DNA of 64,000 bases from Dehalococcoidia bacterium. GTDB lineage: Bacteria; Chloroflexota; Dehalococcoidia; Lucifugimonadales; UBA3495. The stretch lies in NCBI GenBank assembly GCA_965203855.1, contig CBDBDN010000009.1, positions 180,208 through 244,207 of the forward strand. The letters run 5' to 3'. Position 1 is the stretch's first letter; every line of letters begins with the position of its first letter. The translations under genes were made by a program, and so were the position numbers. Shown piece by piece: positions 35,770-44,664 of this stretch. Below the pieces are notes generated by a model. It was not told the DNA's origin. It made no database searches and saw only the letters and a list, made by a program, of their open reading frames with translations.

Positions 35770-36792
35770 TTACGCCTGATTTTCCGATTCGGCGGCGCGC
35801 ACTCGCGCAATGGCATCATTCTTTTGACGGTCGCGCTCCTGGCATTCTGCGCCCCATTGCAACAGTTCCGCGGCGCGGGCCGCTTCGTAGCGGTCAATGA
35901 TGCGGCAGCGGTCGGGCGCATCGGCTTCCGCCGGCAGCGGCGCCGGAGCGGAACCGGCCGGCACGCGGTGCGTATCAATCCGGCGCCAAGTTGCCGAAGT
36001 GTGCGCCAGTTTGGCGTATTCCTGCAACACCCAGCGGGCGTCCTCTAGATCGGCGTCCGATGGGGTAAAGCCGCGGTTCTGCGGCTCTACTACATTGGGA
36101 TGGAGGCCGCCGCCGATGCGAAAGCCGCATTGGCGCGCGGCGTCGGCTTCGGCAAAAGCGCGGTCGGGGTCGCTGACGCTGCCGGTGATGTTGGGCGTGA
36201 ACGGGGCGGCGCGCGGCACGATGCCTAACGCGCGCGCCGCCAGTTCCACTTCGCCTTTGCCGTACACGAACTGGTCAAACCCGACGAACATCTCCACGCC
36301 CAGGTCCCGGGACATATCGTAGCCGGAAGCGCCGCCAAAATCGCGGATGCGCGGGCTGGCCGAAGCGATTTCGTAGGCGTTGGCAACGCCGACTGCGGTC
36401 TCAATGTTGGCTCCGATTTCCACTGTGCCGGGCCGGATGCCGCGCTCCGCTTCCAGGCGGGTAATGATTTCGTCCATCCGCCTGATTTCGGCGCCATATT
36501 CGGTTTTGGGATAGTTGACTTGCATCAGCCCCGGCCAGATGACGGCGTTCAGGTCGGCTTCCATCAGGTCGTGATTGATGCGGCACACGGCGTCGGCGCC
36601 GCCCTTGTTAACCACGGGAATGCTTTCCCGCACGAGGTTGCGCGCCGTATCCTTAAGATGCGGCGGCACCGAATCTTCCAGGTCCATATTGATAAAGTCG
36701 CAGCCACGATGCCAGGCGTTGCTGATGAAACGCGCGGTAACGATGGGCATAGTCAAGCCGGAACGCTTCAGCCGGCGGGGATGTGCGGCCAT
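35770..36792 (-). CDS. CitE/HpcH-like aldolase-lyase family protein (acyl-CoA lyase-like)
   Basis: LKRSGLTMP..., DFINMDLEDSV and EIGANIETA are family motifs. Extended C-terminal tail. Confidence 0.75.
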   Translation of the reverse strand: MAAHPRRLKRSGLTMPIVTARFISNAWHRGCDFINMDLEDSVPPHLKDTARNLVRESIPVVNKGGADAVCRINHDLMEADLNAVIWPGLMQVNYPKTEYGAEIRRMDEIITRLEAERGIRPGTVEIGANIETAVGVANAYEIASASPRIRDFGGASGYDMSRDLGVEMFVGFDQFVYGKGEVELAARALGIVPRAAPFTPNITGSVSDPDRAFAEADAARQCGFRIGGGLHPNVVEPQNRGFTPSDADLEDARWVLQEYAKLAHTSATWRRIDTHRVPAGSAPAPLPAEADAPDRCRIIDRYEAARAAELLQWGAECQERDRQKNDAIARVRAAESENQA

Positions 36793-36860
36793 CTGGGCAG
36801 CCTCCTGGTAATGTGCATCAGGGCAAGGTTCGTAGGGGTAGGATGTATGGGCGATGCGGG

Positions 36861-37832
36861 CTAGGGCAGCGGGATAGGCCGGCCCTCTACGGCGGCGGCC
36901 TTGAATTTTTCACGGGTAGCGATGGCGGCGGCCAATTCCACAACTTGGGTATGCTGCCGGGCGATGCCGGGCGTCAAAATGCGTCCGTCATCCGACGTTG
37001 CGACTGGGCCGGAGGATGCCACGCCTTGGGCTGCCGCCAGCTCGTCATCGGACGGCGTAAATCCTGCGTTGAGCGGCCCAACCTGGTTGTCTAGCACGCA
37101 GAAGGATCCTTTGAAGCCGATGGCCCGTCCCCGCTGCGCCGCCGCCAGGGTATGTTCCGGGGTTGCCAGCAGTCCCCGATCCGGCGCGCGCCACCATGCG
37201 CCCAGCGGAGTCTTGCCGGTGGCTCCGGCCAGCGTTATCAGCCGCTGCATCAGGTACTGCATCAGGTGGATTTCGCCGGAGGGTTCCGGGCGCAAGTCCA
37301 TTACCAGGTCGGCCCGCCCCAGCGTCAGGCCGGTGATGCGCGGGCTGGCAGTGGCGATTTCGTATCCGTTGTGGTTGCCGGCGGCGGTTTCCAGCGCGGC
37401 GATGATTTCCACTGAATTGGGCAGCAGTCCCCGGCGGCTTTCCAGCTGGCCGATAATCGCAGCGGCGGCGGTAATCTGTTCCGCCGTTTCCAGCCGGCTG
37501 ATGACGACGCCGGCGATGCCGGGATGGACGGCGGCGGTAAGATCGGCCAGCATCAGCTCAGCGTCAATCTGAACGAACACTTCGGCGCCGCCGGATTTAA
37601 CCGCCGCCAAGGCTGCTACGATGCCCTCGCGGGCCGCCGGCTTGTCCGGTTCGGCAACGAACTCGGCGAGGTCAAGGACTATTACGTCGGCGCCGGCCGA
37701 TGATGCGCCGGCGATCCGGTCGGCGCCGGCCGATGATGCGCCGGCGATCCGGTCGGCGTCGGATGCGGGGAGCAGCAGCCAGGAGCGTCGCACTTTATGT
37801 TGAGTTACCATACTTGATGCAACCATCGTCAA
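36861..37832 (-). CDS. CitE/HpcH-like aldolase-lyase family protein
   Basis: VRRSWLLLPAS..., VIVLDLAEFV and IIAALETA motifs. Contains an 11-aa tandem duplication near the N-terminus. Confidence 0.75.
   Translation of the reverse strand: MTMVASSMVTQHKVRRSWLLLPASDADRIAGASSAGADRIAGASSAGADVIVLDLAEFVAEPDKPAAREGIVAALAAVKSGGAEVFVQIDAELMLADLTAAVHPGIAGVVISRLETAEQITAAAAIIGQLESRRGLLPNSVEIIAALETAAGNHNGYEIATASPRITGLTLGRADLVMDLRPEPSGEIHLMQYLMQRLITLAGATGKTPLGAWWRAPDRGLLATPEHTLAAAQRGRAIGFKGSFCVLDNQVGPLNAGFTPSDDELAAAQGVASSGPVATSDDGRILTPGIARQHTQVVELAAAIATREKFKAAAVEGRPIPLP
37686..37751. repeat. exact 33-bp tandem duplication inside the CDS (in frame)
   Basis: GTCGGCGCCGGCCGATGATGCGCCGGCGATCCG occurs twice back to back (37686-37718 and 37719-37751) and encodes DRIAGASSAGA twice. 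Confidence 0.9.
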
Positions 37833-38036
37833 CGCCGCGGCGTCGCTCTCGCATTATCGTTGGATGATGTATAATGCGCCGCAAAGTTTGCGGGTAGCGG
37901 TCGGCCCGACATCGTATTGGGATTGCGGCGATTGTAAAGCACGCCGCCGGCGGTGGCAAGACGGCAGCCGCAATCCGGCCTACACTGCATCCTTTTGCCG
38001 CCATTAGCATCGCCTACCCGTCCGCAGGTGTAACTC

Positions 38037-41000
38037 GTGCCTACCGTGCCATCACTTACTATCGTTGACTTGCCGGATGCCGCGCAGGTTCAAGTTCGCA
38101 TTTCCGACGGGGCTGGCAGCAGAGATGACCTGCCGCCGGCCGGTTTTACGATGCCGCTTTCCGGAGAGGAATGGGCGGCTTTGGACTGGTACTATCGCGC
38201 CTACCCGCAGAATCCGATTGGCGCGCTGCAACGGGCAGAGGCTACTGAAGCCGCATTGCGGAACCTGGGCCGTCTGCTCTTTGAATCGCTGTTTCCCGCT
38301 GATTCAGCGGCGCGCGCCGGCCTGGACCGGCTAATTGCCGCGGACGCCCATCCCGAATTGACCATTGTTTCCGGCCGGCCCCAGTTCCTGGCGCTACCAT
38401 GGGAACTGCTTAATGAACCGGCTCTGGGATATTTCGCCGCCGCCGGGCGCGGCGTCCTGCGACAATCAGCCGAGGAACTGCCGACCGAAACCGGAGAACC
38501 GCCTGGCGCGGAATCTCTCAATGTGCTGATGCTGTCCCCGTCGCCCGGCGCTCCGCATAGCAGCGACATCCTGTCATCCGGCGCAACTGTCGGCGGCGGC
38601 AGTTTGGCCGATGCGACCGTAGCGGCTTTAGAAAGCCTGAACTCGGCGGCGCTGCTGGACAATCCCCGTCCGGCAACCTGGGATGCGCTGCGCCGTCATC
38701 TGGAGCGCAGCCCTAACCACTACCACATCGTTCATTTGGACGGCATCGGCCTGGACGCCAACGGCGCCATTCTGCTGGAAACGGCCGCCGGCGCGCCCGA
38801 CCCGGCAACGCCGGGGGCCATTGGCGCCGCATTGGCCGCCGCCGGCATCAACATTGTCCTGATTTCCGCCGGCGCGCAGCCGTACAATCCCGATGCGCCG
38901 GCCTGGTTCCGAATGGCGCAAACCATCGCTGATGCTGGCGTGGCCCAGGCGATACTGCTGCCCTACGCCCTGCATCGCGATGCGGCAGAGTCGGCGCTGC
39001 GCGCTTTTTATACCGCCATGGCCCGCGGCAACCGCCCGGCAACCTGCGTCGTTGCTTTGCGCCGTTCTCTGATGGATGCGCCGGAACGAGTAACACTGCA
39101 CGGCAAGCGTATCGTTTGGGACTGGCCCGGCCCGGCGGTCATACAATCCCGTCCGTATATTCCGCCGGCTGTCGCTGAACCGCAGCCGGACCCGCTGGCG
39201 GCCCCGGTCATTAATCCGGTAGAGGTCCCTACCGACGACTTGCAGATACCGGCCGCCGGCCAGTATGGCTTGGTCGGGCGGCAAGGCGAACTGCGGGAAC
39301 TGGAACGCCGTCTTTCAGCCGATTCCGTTATCTTGCTGTCCGCTGATGCCGGAGCGGGCAAAACCGAGCTGGCGCTGGGCTTGTGTCGCTGGCTGCTTAA
39401 GCCGGCCCGCAGCCGATTTCCCGGCGGCGTTTTTTACACCGCATTTGAGGCGTCGCATCCCGCCGGGCTGGAACGGGTGGTGCACGAAATCGGCACCGCC
39501 GTGGCCGGCCTGGACTTTGCCGACCTGCCGGCGGAACGACAGCGGCTCTGGGTAACCGCTTACCTGCAAGAAAATCCCTCGCTGCTGGTTTGGGACAACG
39601 CGGAGAATGTGGCAGGATTTCCAGACCATGCGCCGGGGCTGCTGGACGAATCCGAACTGCCGTCATTAGCCGACTTTCTGGACGCCGTAACCGACGGGCC
39701 GGCTGGTAGCCGCGCGTTGCTTTTGAGCCGCCGCCCTGACGAACAGTGGCTCACGATGCCGCACTCCGCTATTGCCTTGAACCCGCTGGCCGGCGCCGAC
39801 CGCATCGCCCTGGCCGCCAGCATTATGAACCAGGCTGCGATTCCGGCGTCGCGCGTTGACGGGGATTTCGCCGCTTTGCTGGAGCTGCTGGACGGCCATC
39901 CGCTGGCGATGCAAGTCGTACTGCCGCTGCTGAAAGAGCTGCCGGCGGCGGCCATCGTGTCCGAACTGCGGCGTCGGCGGGATGAAGCGGCGGCCGACGG
40001 CGGCGAACCGGGGCGCAGCGCCATACTAACCGCCGCAATGGAGTACGCTTTTTCACGAATGCCGCACCGCAGCCGCGCGCATCTGCCTTTCCTGGCATTG
40101 TTCCAGCGCCGGGTAATGCTGGACATCCTGTCGCACATCACGGAGGAACGGATTTACGGGCAGGTTATGGGCGGGGATTTGGCGTCCGGCGCATCCCGTT
40201 CCCTGTTGGCGGCGGATGGGGGAATGCAGTCGTCCGGGCGTTCCTACTCTGCCTGCCGCGCCCTGCTCCGCAGCGCTCAGGCGGCGGGATTTCTGGAGCC
40301 GGTATCCCCCAGCGTGTACCAGATTAACCCCGCCCTGCCCTGGTTCCTGGGGCGGCAGCTGAGTCGGCGGGTTTCCGGCGACGGCATTCGCCAGCTGGAG
40401 CAGGAATTTGTCCGGGTGTATGCCGACACTGCCGATTACTTTATGGAAAGCCTGTACGAAAACCAGGATACCGGCGTAACCGCCGTCCTGGCCGAGGAAG
40501 GCAACCTGACGCAGGCGCTGGGCCTCGCTGCCGAATATCGCCAGTGGGACAATGCTCAAATCCTGATGCAGCCGTTGGCACAGGTCTATCGGATGCAGAA
40601 GCGGTTCCCGGAACTGCGCCGCTTGCGCGCCCAGCTGCTGGACATCATCGGCCACTCTGCTGATGCCGCCGCCGCTAATGGCGCCGTGGATTTCTGGCAG
40701 TACCTGCTGGGCACCGATGCGATGGAATCGGTGGAGTTGCTGGATCTGGATCGCGCTGCGGGGTTTAATCAACAGCTGCTGGATTACCTGATGGCGCAGC
40801 CCGACGGCGCCGCTGATCCGCGCACCGCCGCCGTGTATCACCAGAACGGGCTTATCGCCAGCAAGCGCGGCCAGTATGACGCTGCTTCCGAATGGCTGGA
40901 AAAGGGGCTGGAAATCATTGACGGCGGCGATGACCAGGAATCGATCGCCGACGCCTGCTTTGCCATCGGCCAAGTGCGCCATCATCAGCGTCAGTACGGC

Positions 41001-41795
41001 GGCGCCAAAGAGTGGTATCGCCGCGCGTTGGACATTCACCAGCGGCTGCCCGACTACGAGGAGATGGTCAACGACTGCCGCGCCCTGGGCGCCGCTTGCC
41101 ATTTTCGTTTTGAGTTTGATGAAGCCCGCAGCTGGTATCACCGCGCCCGCGAAATCGTGGAGGAAAACCGGGACGAGGAAACCGCGGTTCACATCTTTCA
41201 TGCTCTCGGCACCGTTGACCATTCCGAATACCTGTTTGAGGAAGCGCAATCCTGGTATCAGCAGGCGCTGGGCCTCAGCGACCGACTGGGGATGACTGAC
41301 CAGATGATAGTTGAGTTCCATCATCTGGGTACTTTGGCACAGGCCAGGGGCATACCCGACGAGGCTGAGGAATGGCTTATAGTGGCTTTGGAACGCCGGG
41401 AGGAAATGGGGGACTGGCGCGGCGCCGGCGACGAAGCCCGGCAGCTGGGCGTGCTGCATCACGAACAGGGCAACCTGGAGTCGGCCCGACAGTGGTACGA
41501 CCGGGCCCGCCAGCATTTTGAGGAATGCCGCGATGTAAGCCGCTGCGCCCGCGCCTACGGGCAGCTGGGCGTGGTCGCAGAGGAGCAGGGCAACCTGCCG
41601 GATGCCCTGGACTGGGCGACCCGCACTCACCGCCTTGCCGCCGATTACAACCTGCCGGTGATGCCCCAGGTCAAAGCCCATCTGGCTCGTTTGCGGGAAA
41701 AAATGGGCGCCGATGCTTTCCAACAGTGGTGGCGCGACAACATCGGGGCCGACCCGCCTAGTTTGGAACCGGACGCCGACGAACCGGAGTCCTGA
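38037..41795 (+). CDS. 1252-aa CHAT-like domain / STAND (NB-ARC-type) P-loop NTPase / TPR-repeat protein
   Basis: P-loop SADAGAGKTELA (39342-39365), Walker B-like SLLVWDNAEN (39582-39596). The C-terminal roughly 300 aa carry repeated TPR-like units (xEAxxWYxxALxI). The N-terminal roughly 380 aa have CHAT-like HYHIVHLDGIG and NIVLISAGAQ segments. Confidence 0.75.
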   Translation: MPTVPSLTIVDLPDAAQVQVRISDGAGSRDDLPPAGFTMPLSGEEWAALDWYYRAYPQNPIGALQRAEATEAALRNLGRLLFESLFPADSAARAGLDRLIAADAHPELTIVSGRPQFLALPWELLNEPALGYFAAAGRGVLRQSAEELPTETGEPPGAESLNVLMLSPSPGAPHSSDILSSGATVGGGSLADATVAALESLNSAALLDNPRPATWDALRRHLERSPNHYHIVHLDGIGLDANGAILLETAAGAPDPATPGAIGAALAAAGINIVLISAGAQPYNPDAPAWFRMAQTIADAGVAQAILLPYALHRDAAESALRAFYTAMARGNRPATCVVALRRSLMDAPERVTLHGKRIVWDWPGPAVIQSRPYIPPAVAEPQPDPLAAPVINPVEVPTDDLQIPAAGQYGLVGRQGELRELERRLSADSVILLSADAGAGKTELALGLCRWLLKPARSRFPGGVFYTAFEASHPAGLERVVHEIGTAVAGLDFADLPAERQRLWVTAYLQENPSLLVWDNAENVAGFPDHAPGLLDESELPSLADFLDAVTDGPAGSRALLLSRRPDEQWLTMPHSAIALNPLAGADRIALAASIMNQAAIPASRVDGDFAALLELLDGHPLAMQVVLPLLKELPAAAIVSELRRRRDEAAADGGEPGRSAILTAAMEYAFSRMPHRSRAHLPFLALFQRRVMLDILSHITEERIYGQVMGGDLASGASRSLLAADGGMQSSGRSYSACRALLRSAQAAGFLEPVSPSVYQINPALPWFLGRQLSRRVSGDGIRQLEQEFVRVYADTADYFMESLYENQDTGVTAVLAEEGNLTQALGLAAEYRQWDNAQILMQPLAQVYRMQKRFPELRRLRAQLLDIIGHSADAAAANGAVDFWQYLLGTDAMESVELLDLDRAAGFNQQLLDYLMAQPDGAADPRTAAVYHQNGLIASKRGQYDAASEWLEKGLEIIDGGDDQESIADACFAIGQVRHHQRQYGGAKEWYRRALDIHQRLPDYEEMVNDCRALGAACHFRFEFDEARSWYHRAREIVEENRDEETAVHIFHALGTVDHSEYLFEEAQSWYQQALGLSDRLGMTDQMIVEFHHLGTLAQARGIPDEAEEWLIVALERREEMGDWRGAGDEARQLGVLHHEQGNLESARQWYDRARQHFEECRDVSRCARAYGQLGVVAEEQGNLPDALDWATRTHRLAADYNLPVMPQVKAHLARLREKMGADAFQQWWRDNIGADPPSLEPDADEPES

Positions 41796-41890
41796 AACTT
41801 ACGGCGGCGGACATCGGACTAACGGCCCGGCGTACCGCATTTCATCGCATCTCTGCCGAATATACTCTGAACTTGTTGAGGCGCTGCGTT

Positions 41891-43882
41891 ATGTCATTGG
41901 CGCAATTGAACATCACTACCCGCCGCCCTTTCGCCGGAGGGCAAACCTTTGGCGCGGTGGGCGCATACGAGCAGCTGGACGGTATCGCCCATTTTGCCGT
42001 TGACCCGTTCCATTCCGACAACGCCGTAATCGCCGACATTGCGCTGGCTCCGCGCAACGCGGCCGGTTATGTAGAGTTCACCGCCGATTTCCGCATCATC
42101 AAGCCGGTGGACAATGATCATGGCAACGGGCGGCTGCTGCTGGATGTCCTCAATCGGGGGAAAGAGCTGGCCCTGAAAAATATCAACAGCGCGCCGGACG
42201 GGCCGCCCCATGCCGAACCGCATCCTGGCAACGGCTTTCTGATGCGGCGGGGGTACAGTCTGGCCTGGTGCGGCTGGCAGCACGATGTGCCCGATGCGCC
42301 CGGCCTGTTGCGCTGCAATGTTCCCGATGCCGTGAACCCGGACGGTTCTCCGGTATCCGGGCGCATTGTCGTTACTTTCCAGCCCACTTTCGCCGTTGAC
42401 ACGCAGTTCCTTTCCGACCGGGAGCATCGTCCTTATCCGAGCAACCATTTGGAAAGCTGGGATTCTGTGCTAACCGTGCAGGATTACGAGGACGGCCCGG
42501 AAACTGTCATCCCGCGGGAGCGCTGGGCCTTTGCCAGAATGGTGAACGGGCGTCGCATCCCCGACGCCGCCCATATCACGCTGGACGGCGGCTTTGAGCC
42601 GGGCAGGGTGTATCGCGTCCAGTACGAAACTTCCAATGCGCCGGTAGTCAGCCTGGGCCTGCTGGCGACGCGCGACATCGCCGCGTGGCTGCGCTACGCC
42701 ACCGCTGACCGCGCCGGAACCGCCAACCCTTTGGCCGGCGCCTTGGGCCGCGCTTATGCTTTTGGACGCAGCCAGAGCGGCCGTTTCCTGCGGCAGTTCC
42801 TGTATCTGGGGCTGAACCGGGACGAAAGCGGCTGCATCGTGTTTGACGGGATGCTGCCTAATGTGGCCGGCGGCAAAATGGGCGAGTTCAATGTCCGTTT
42901 TGGGCAGCCGTCCAGCCTTTCAAACCGCAGCGTCAACAACCTGCCGCCATTTTTAGACCTCACTGATGACGGCGCCGACGGCATTCTTGCCGAAGTTTCC
43001 CGGCGCGGCATCGCCCCCAAAGTCATCTACACCAACACATCGTCGGAGTATTGGGGCGGGCATGGCGCGCTGGCGCATAGCGCGCCCGACGGCAGCGGCG
43101 ATGCGGTACTGCCCGACAGCGTGCGTTCCTGGCTGTTCGCCGGCACGCAGCACGCCCCGGCCGGCTTGCCCATCTCGGACACCAACCCGGACAGCGGGGC
43201 GCGCGGTACGCAGCCGCTGAACTATGTTGACTACCGCCCGCTGCTGCGCGCCGCGCTGCATCATCTGGACCAGTGGGTTACCCATAACGCGCCGCCACCT
43301 GGCAATCGGTATCCCCGCTGTGCGGAGGGAACGCTGGTTGATGCGGCGGGTACGGCGGACTTTTTCCGCGCTTTGCCCGGCGTAGAGTTTCCCGCGCATC
43401 TCAAAACGATGCGGCGGCTGGACTTCGGCCCCGACCGCGCCGTGCCGGCCCGCATCCCGCCGGCAGTCGGCGACGCTTACCCGTGCCTGGTATCCGCCTT
43501 GGACGCCGATGGCAACGAAACGGGCGGCGTGCGTCTGCCGGCGATCGCCGTCCCTCTGGCTACTTATACGGGCTGGAATGTGCGCCATCCGAGCATCGGC
43601 GGCTTCGGGCAAGCCTTGGCGCCGGGCGGCACATTGGCCGGCAGCGCCATACTTTTCGCCCGGAACCGCGCGGAAAGGCTTGCCGCCGGCGATCCGCGTC
43701 CGTCCATTGAGGAACGCTACGGTTCCCGGGCGGAGTACTTGGAACGGGTACGAGAATGCGCCGAGTCCCTGGCCGGCGCCGGCTATCTGCTGGCGGACGA
43801 TATTGAAACGGTAACGGCGCAGGCCGCAGCAGTGTACGATGCGATAATGGGAGCGACGGCCGCGCTGGTCGCCGCCTACTAA
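41891..43882 (+). CDS. conserved hypothetical protein with a probable alpha/beta-hydrolase-type domain
   Basis: 663-aa ORF. ATG 41891 preferred. The C-terminal SIEERYGSRAEYLERV pattern recalls uncharacterised alpha/beta hydrolase domain proteins. Function unknown. Confidence 0.45.
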   Translation: MSLAQLNITTRRPFAGGQTFGAVGAYEQLDGIAHFAVDPFHSDNAVIADIALAPRNAAGYVEFTADFRIIKPVDNDHGNGRLLLDVLNRGKELALKNINSAPDGPPHAEPHPGNGFLMRRGYSLAWCGWQHDVPDAPGLLRCNVPDAVNPDGSPVSGRIVVTFQPTFAVDTQFLSDREHRPYPSNHLESWDSVLTVQDYEDGPETVIPRERWAFARMVNGRRIPDAAHITLDGGFEPGRVYRVQYETSNAPVVSLGLLATRDIAAWLRYATADRAGTANPLAGALGRAYAFGRSQSGRFLRQFLYLGLNRDESGCIVFDGMLPNVAGGKMGEFNVRFGQPSSLSNRSVNNLPPFLDLTDDGADGILAEVSRRGIAPKVIYTNTSSEYWGGHGALAHSAPDGSGDAVLPDSVRSWLFAGTQHAPAGLPISDTNPDSGARGTQPLNYVDYRPLLRAALHHLDQWVTHNAPPPGNRYPRCAEGTLVDAAGTADFFRALPGVEFPAHLKTMRRLDFGPDRAVPARIPPAVGDAYPCLVSALDADGNETGGVRLPAIAVPLATYTGWNVRHPSIGGFGQALAPGGTLAGSAILFARNRAERLAAGDPRPSIEERYGSRAEYLERVRECAESLAGAGYLLADDIETVTAQAAAVYDAIMGATAALVAAY

Positions 43883-43926
43883 CCCCATCGAGGCCGTGCC
43901 GCACTGCGCTCTTGACGGAGGCTATC

Positions 43927-44229
43927 ATGGTGCATTATGTAAAACCTCACTACCAAATCCGCACTCCAACCGTTGCCGAGTTCAAGGAGCAATGCCTGGA
44001 CTTTATCAACGAAATCGCCGCCGCCGATGCAGAGGGCCGGACTGTTGATGTGCTAATCCTGGACGGCGACGACAAAGTCGTTGCTATCCTTACGAACTAC
44101 GAGGCACCGCCGCCGCCGGACGGTTATGGCGTTTTTAAGGGCAAAGTGAAAATTCTCGGCGACATCGTTTCTCCGATGCCGGCGGAATGGTTCGCCATGC
44201 CGGATGCTGCGACAGGCGAATCCCAATGA
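43927..44229 (+). CDS. vapB: type II antitoxin (Phd/YefM-like) of a VapBC-type pair
   Basis: GGAGG RBS then ATG 43927. Small acidic protein with GDIVSPMPAEWF tail. Stop overlaps the PIN gene start (ATGA). Confidence 0.65.
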   Translation: MVHYVKPHYQIRTPTVAEFKEQCLDFINEIAAADAEGRTVDVLILDGDDKVVAILTNYEAPPPPDGYGVFKGKVKILGDIVSPMPAEWFAMPDAATGESQ

Positions 44230-44633
44230 TTCTGGACACCCACGTTTGTGTCTGGTTCGTTGACGGCAATCCCCGGCTGGGTCGGCAGGCTTTGTTGAGA
44301 ATATCCAACGTCCGCCCGCGCAATACGGTGGGGTTTTCTGCAATCTCCATCTGGGAAATTGCCATGCTGCTGCAAAAGGGCCGACTTGACACTAACGGAG
44401 TACCGGCGCGCACTGCCGTCCAATGGCGGGAAACCCTGTTGGCGCACGGCTTTCGCGAAATACCCGTGGATGGCGTCATTGCCGCCCGCGCCGGCGCCTT
44501 GCCCAACCTGCATGGCGACCCGGCAGATCGTATCATCATCGCCACCGCGCTGGGCGGCCATCAGCTCATCACTGATGACGCGCTCATCCTCAACTGGAAT
44601 GGCCCAATTGACGCCTTTCCGGCCAGCCGATGA
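44226..44633 (+). CDS. vapC: PIN-domain toxin VapC
   Basis: MILDTHV..., SIWEIAML and HGDPADRIIIATAL supply the PIN acidic residues in canonical order. Confidence 0.8.
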   Translation: MILDTHVCVWFVDGNPRLGRQALLRISNVRPRNTVGFSAISIWEIAMLLQKGRLDTNGVPARTAVQWRETLLAHGFREIPVDGVIAARAGALPNLHGDPADRIIIATALGGHQLITDDALILNWNGPIDAFPASR

Positions 44634-44664
44634 ACCAGCCTAACACCGAACCGAAAAGGAGCGT

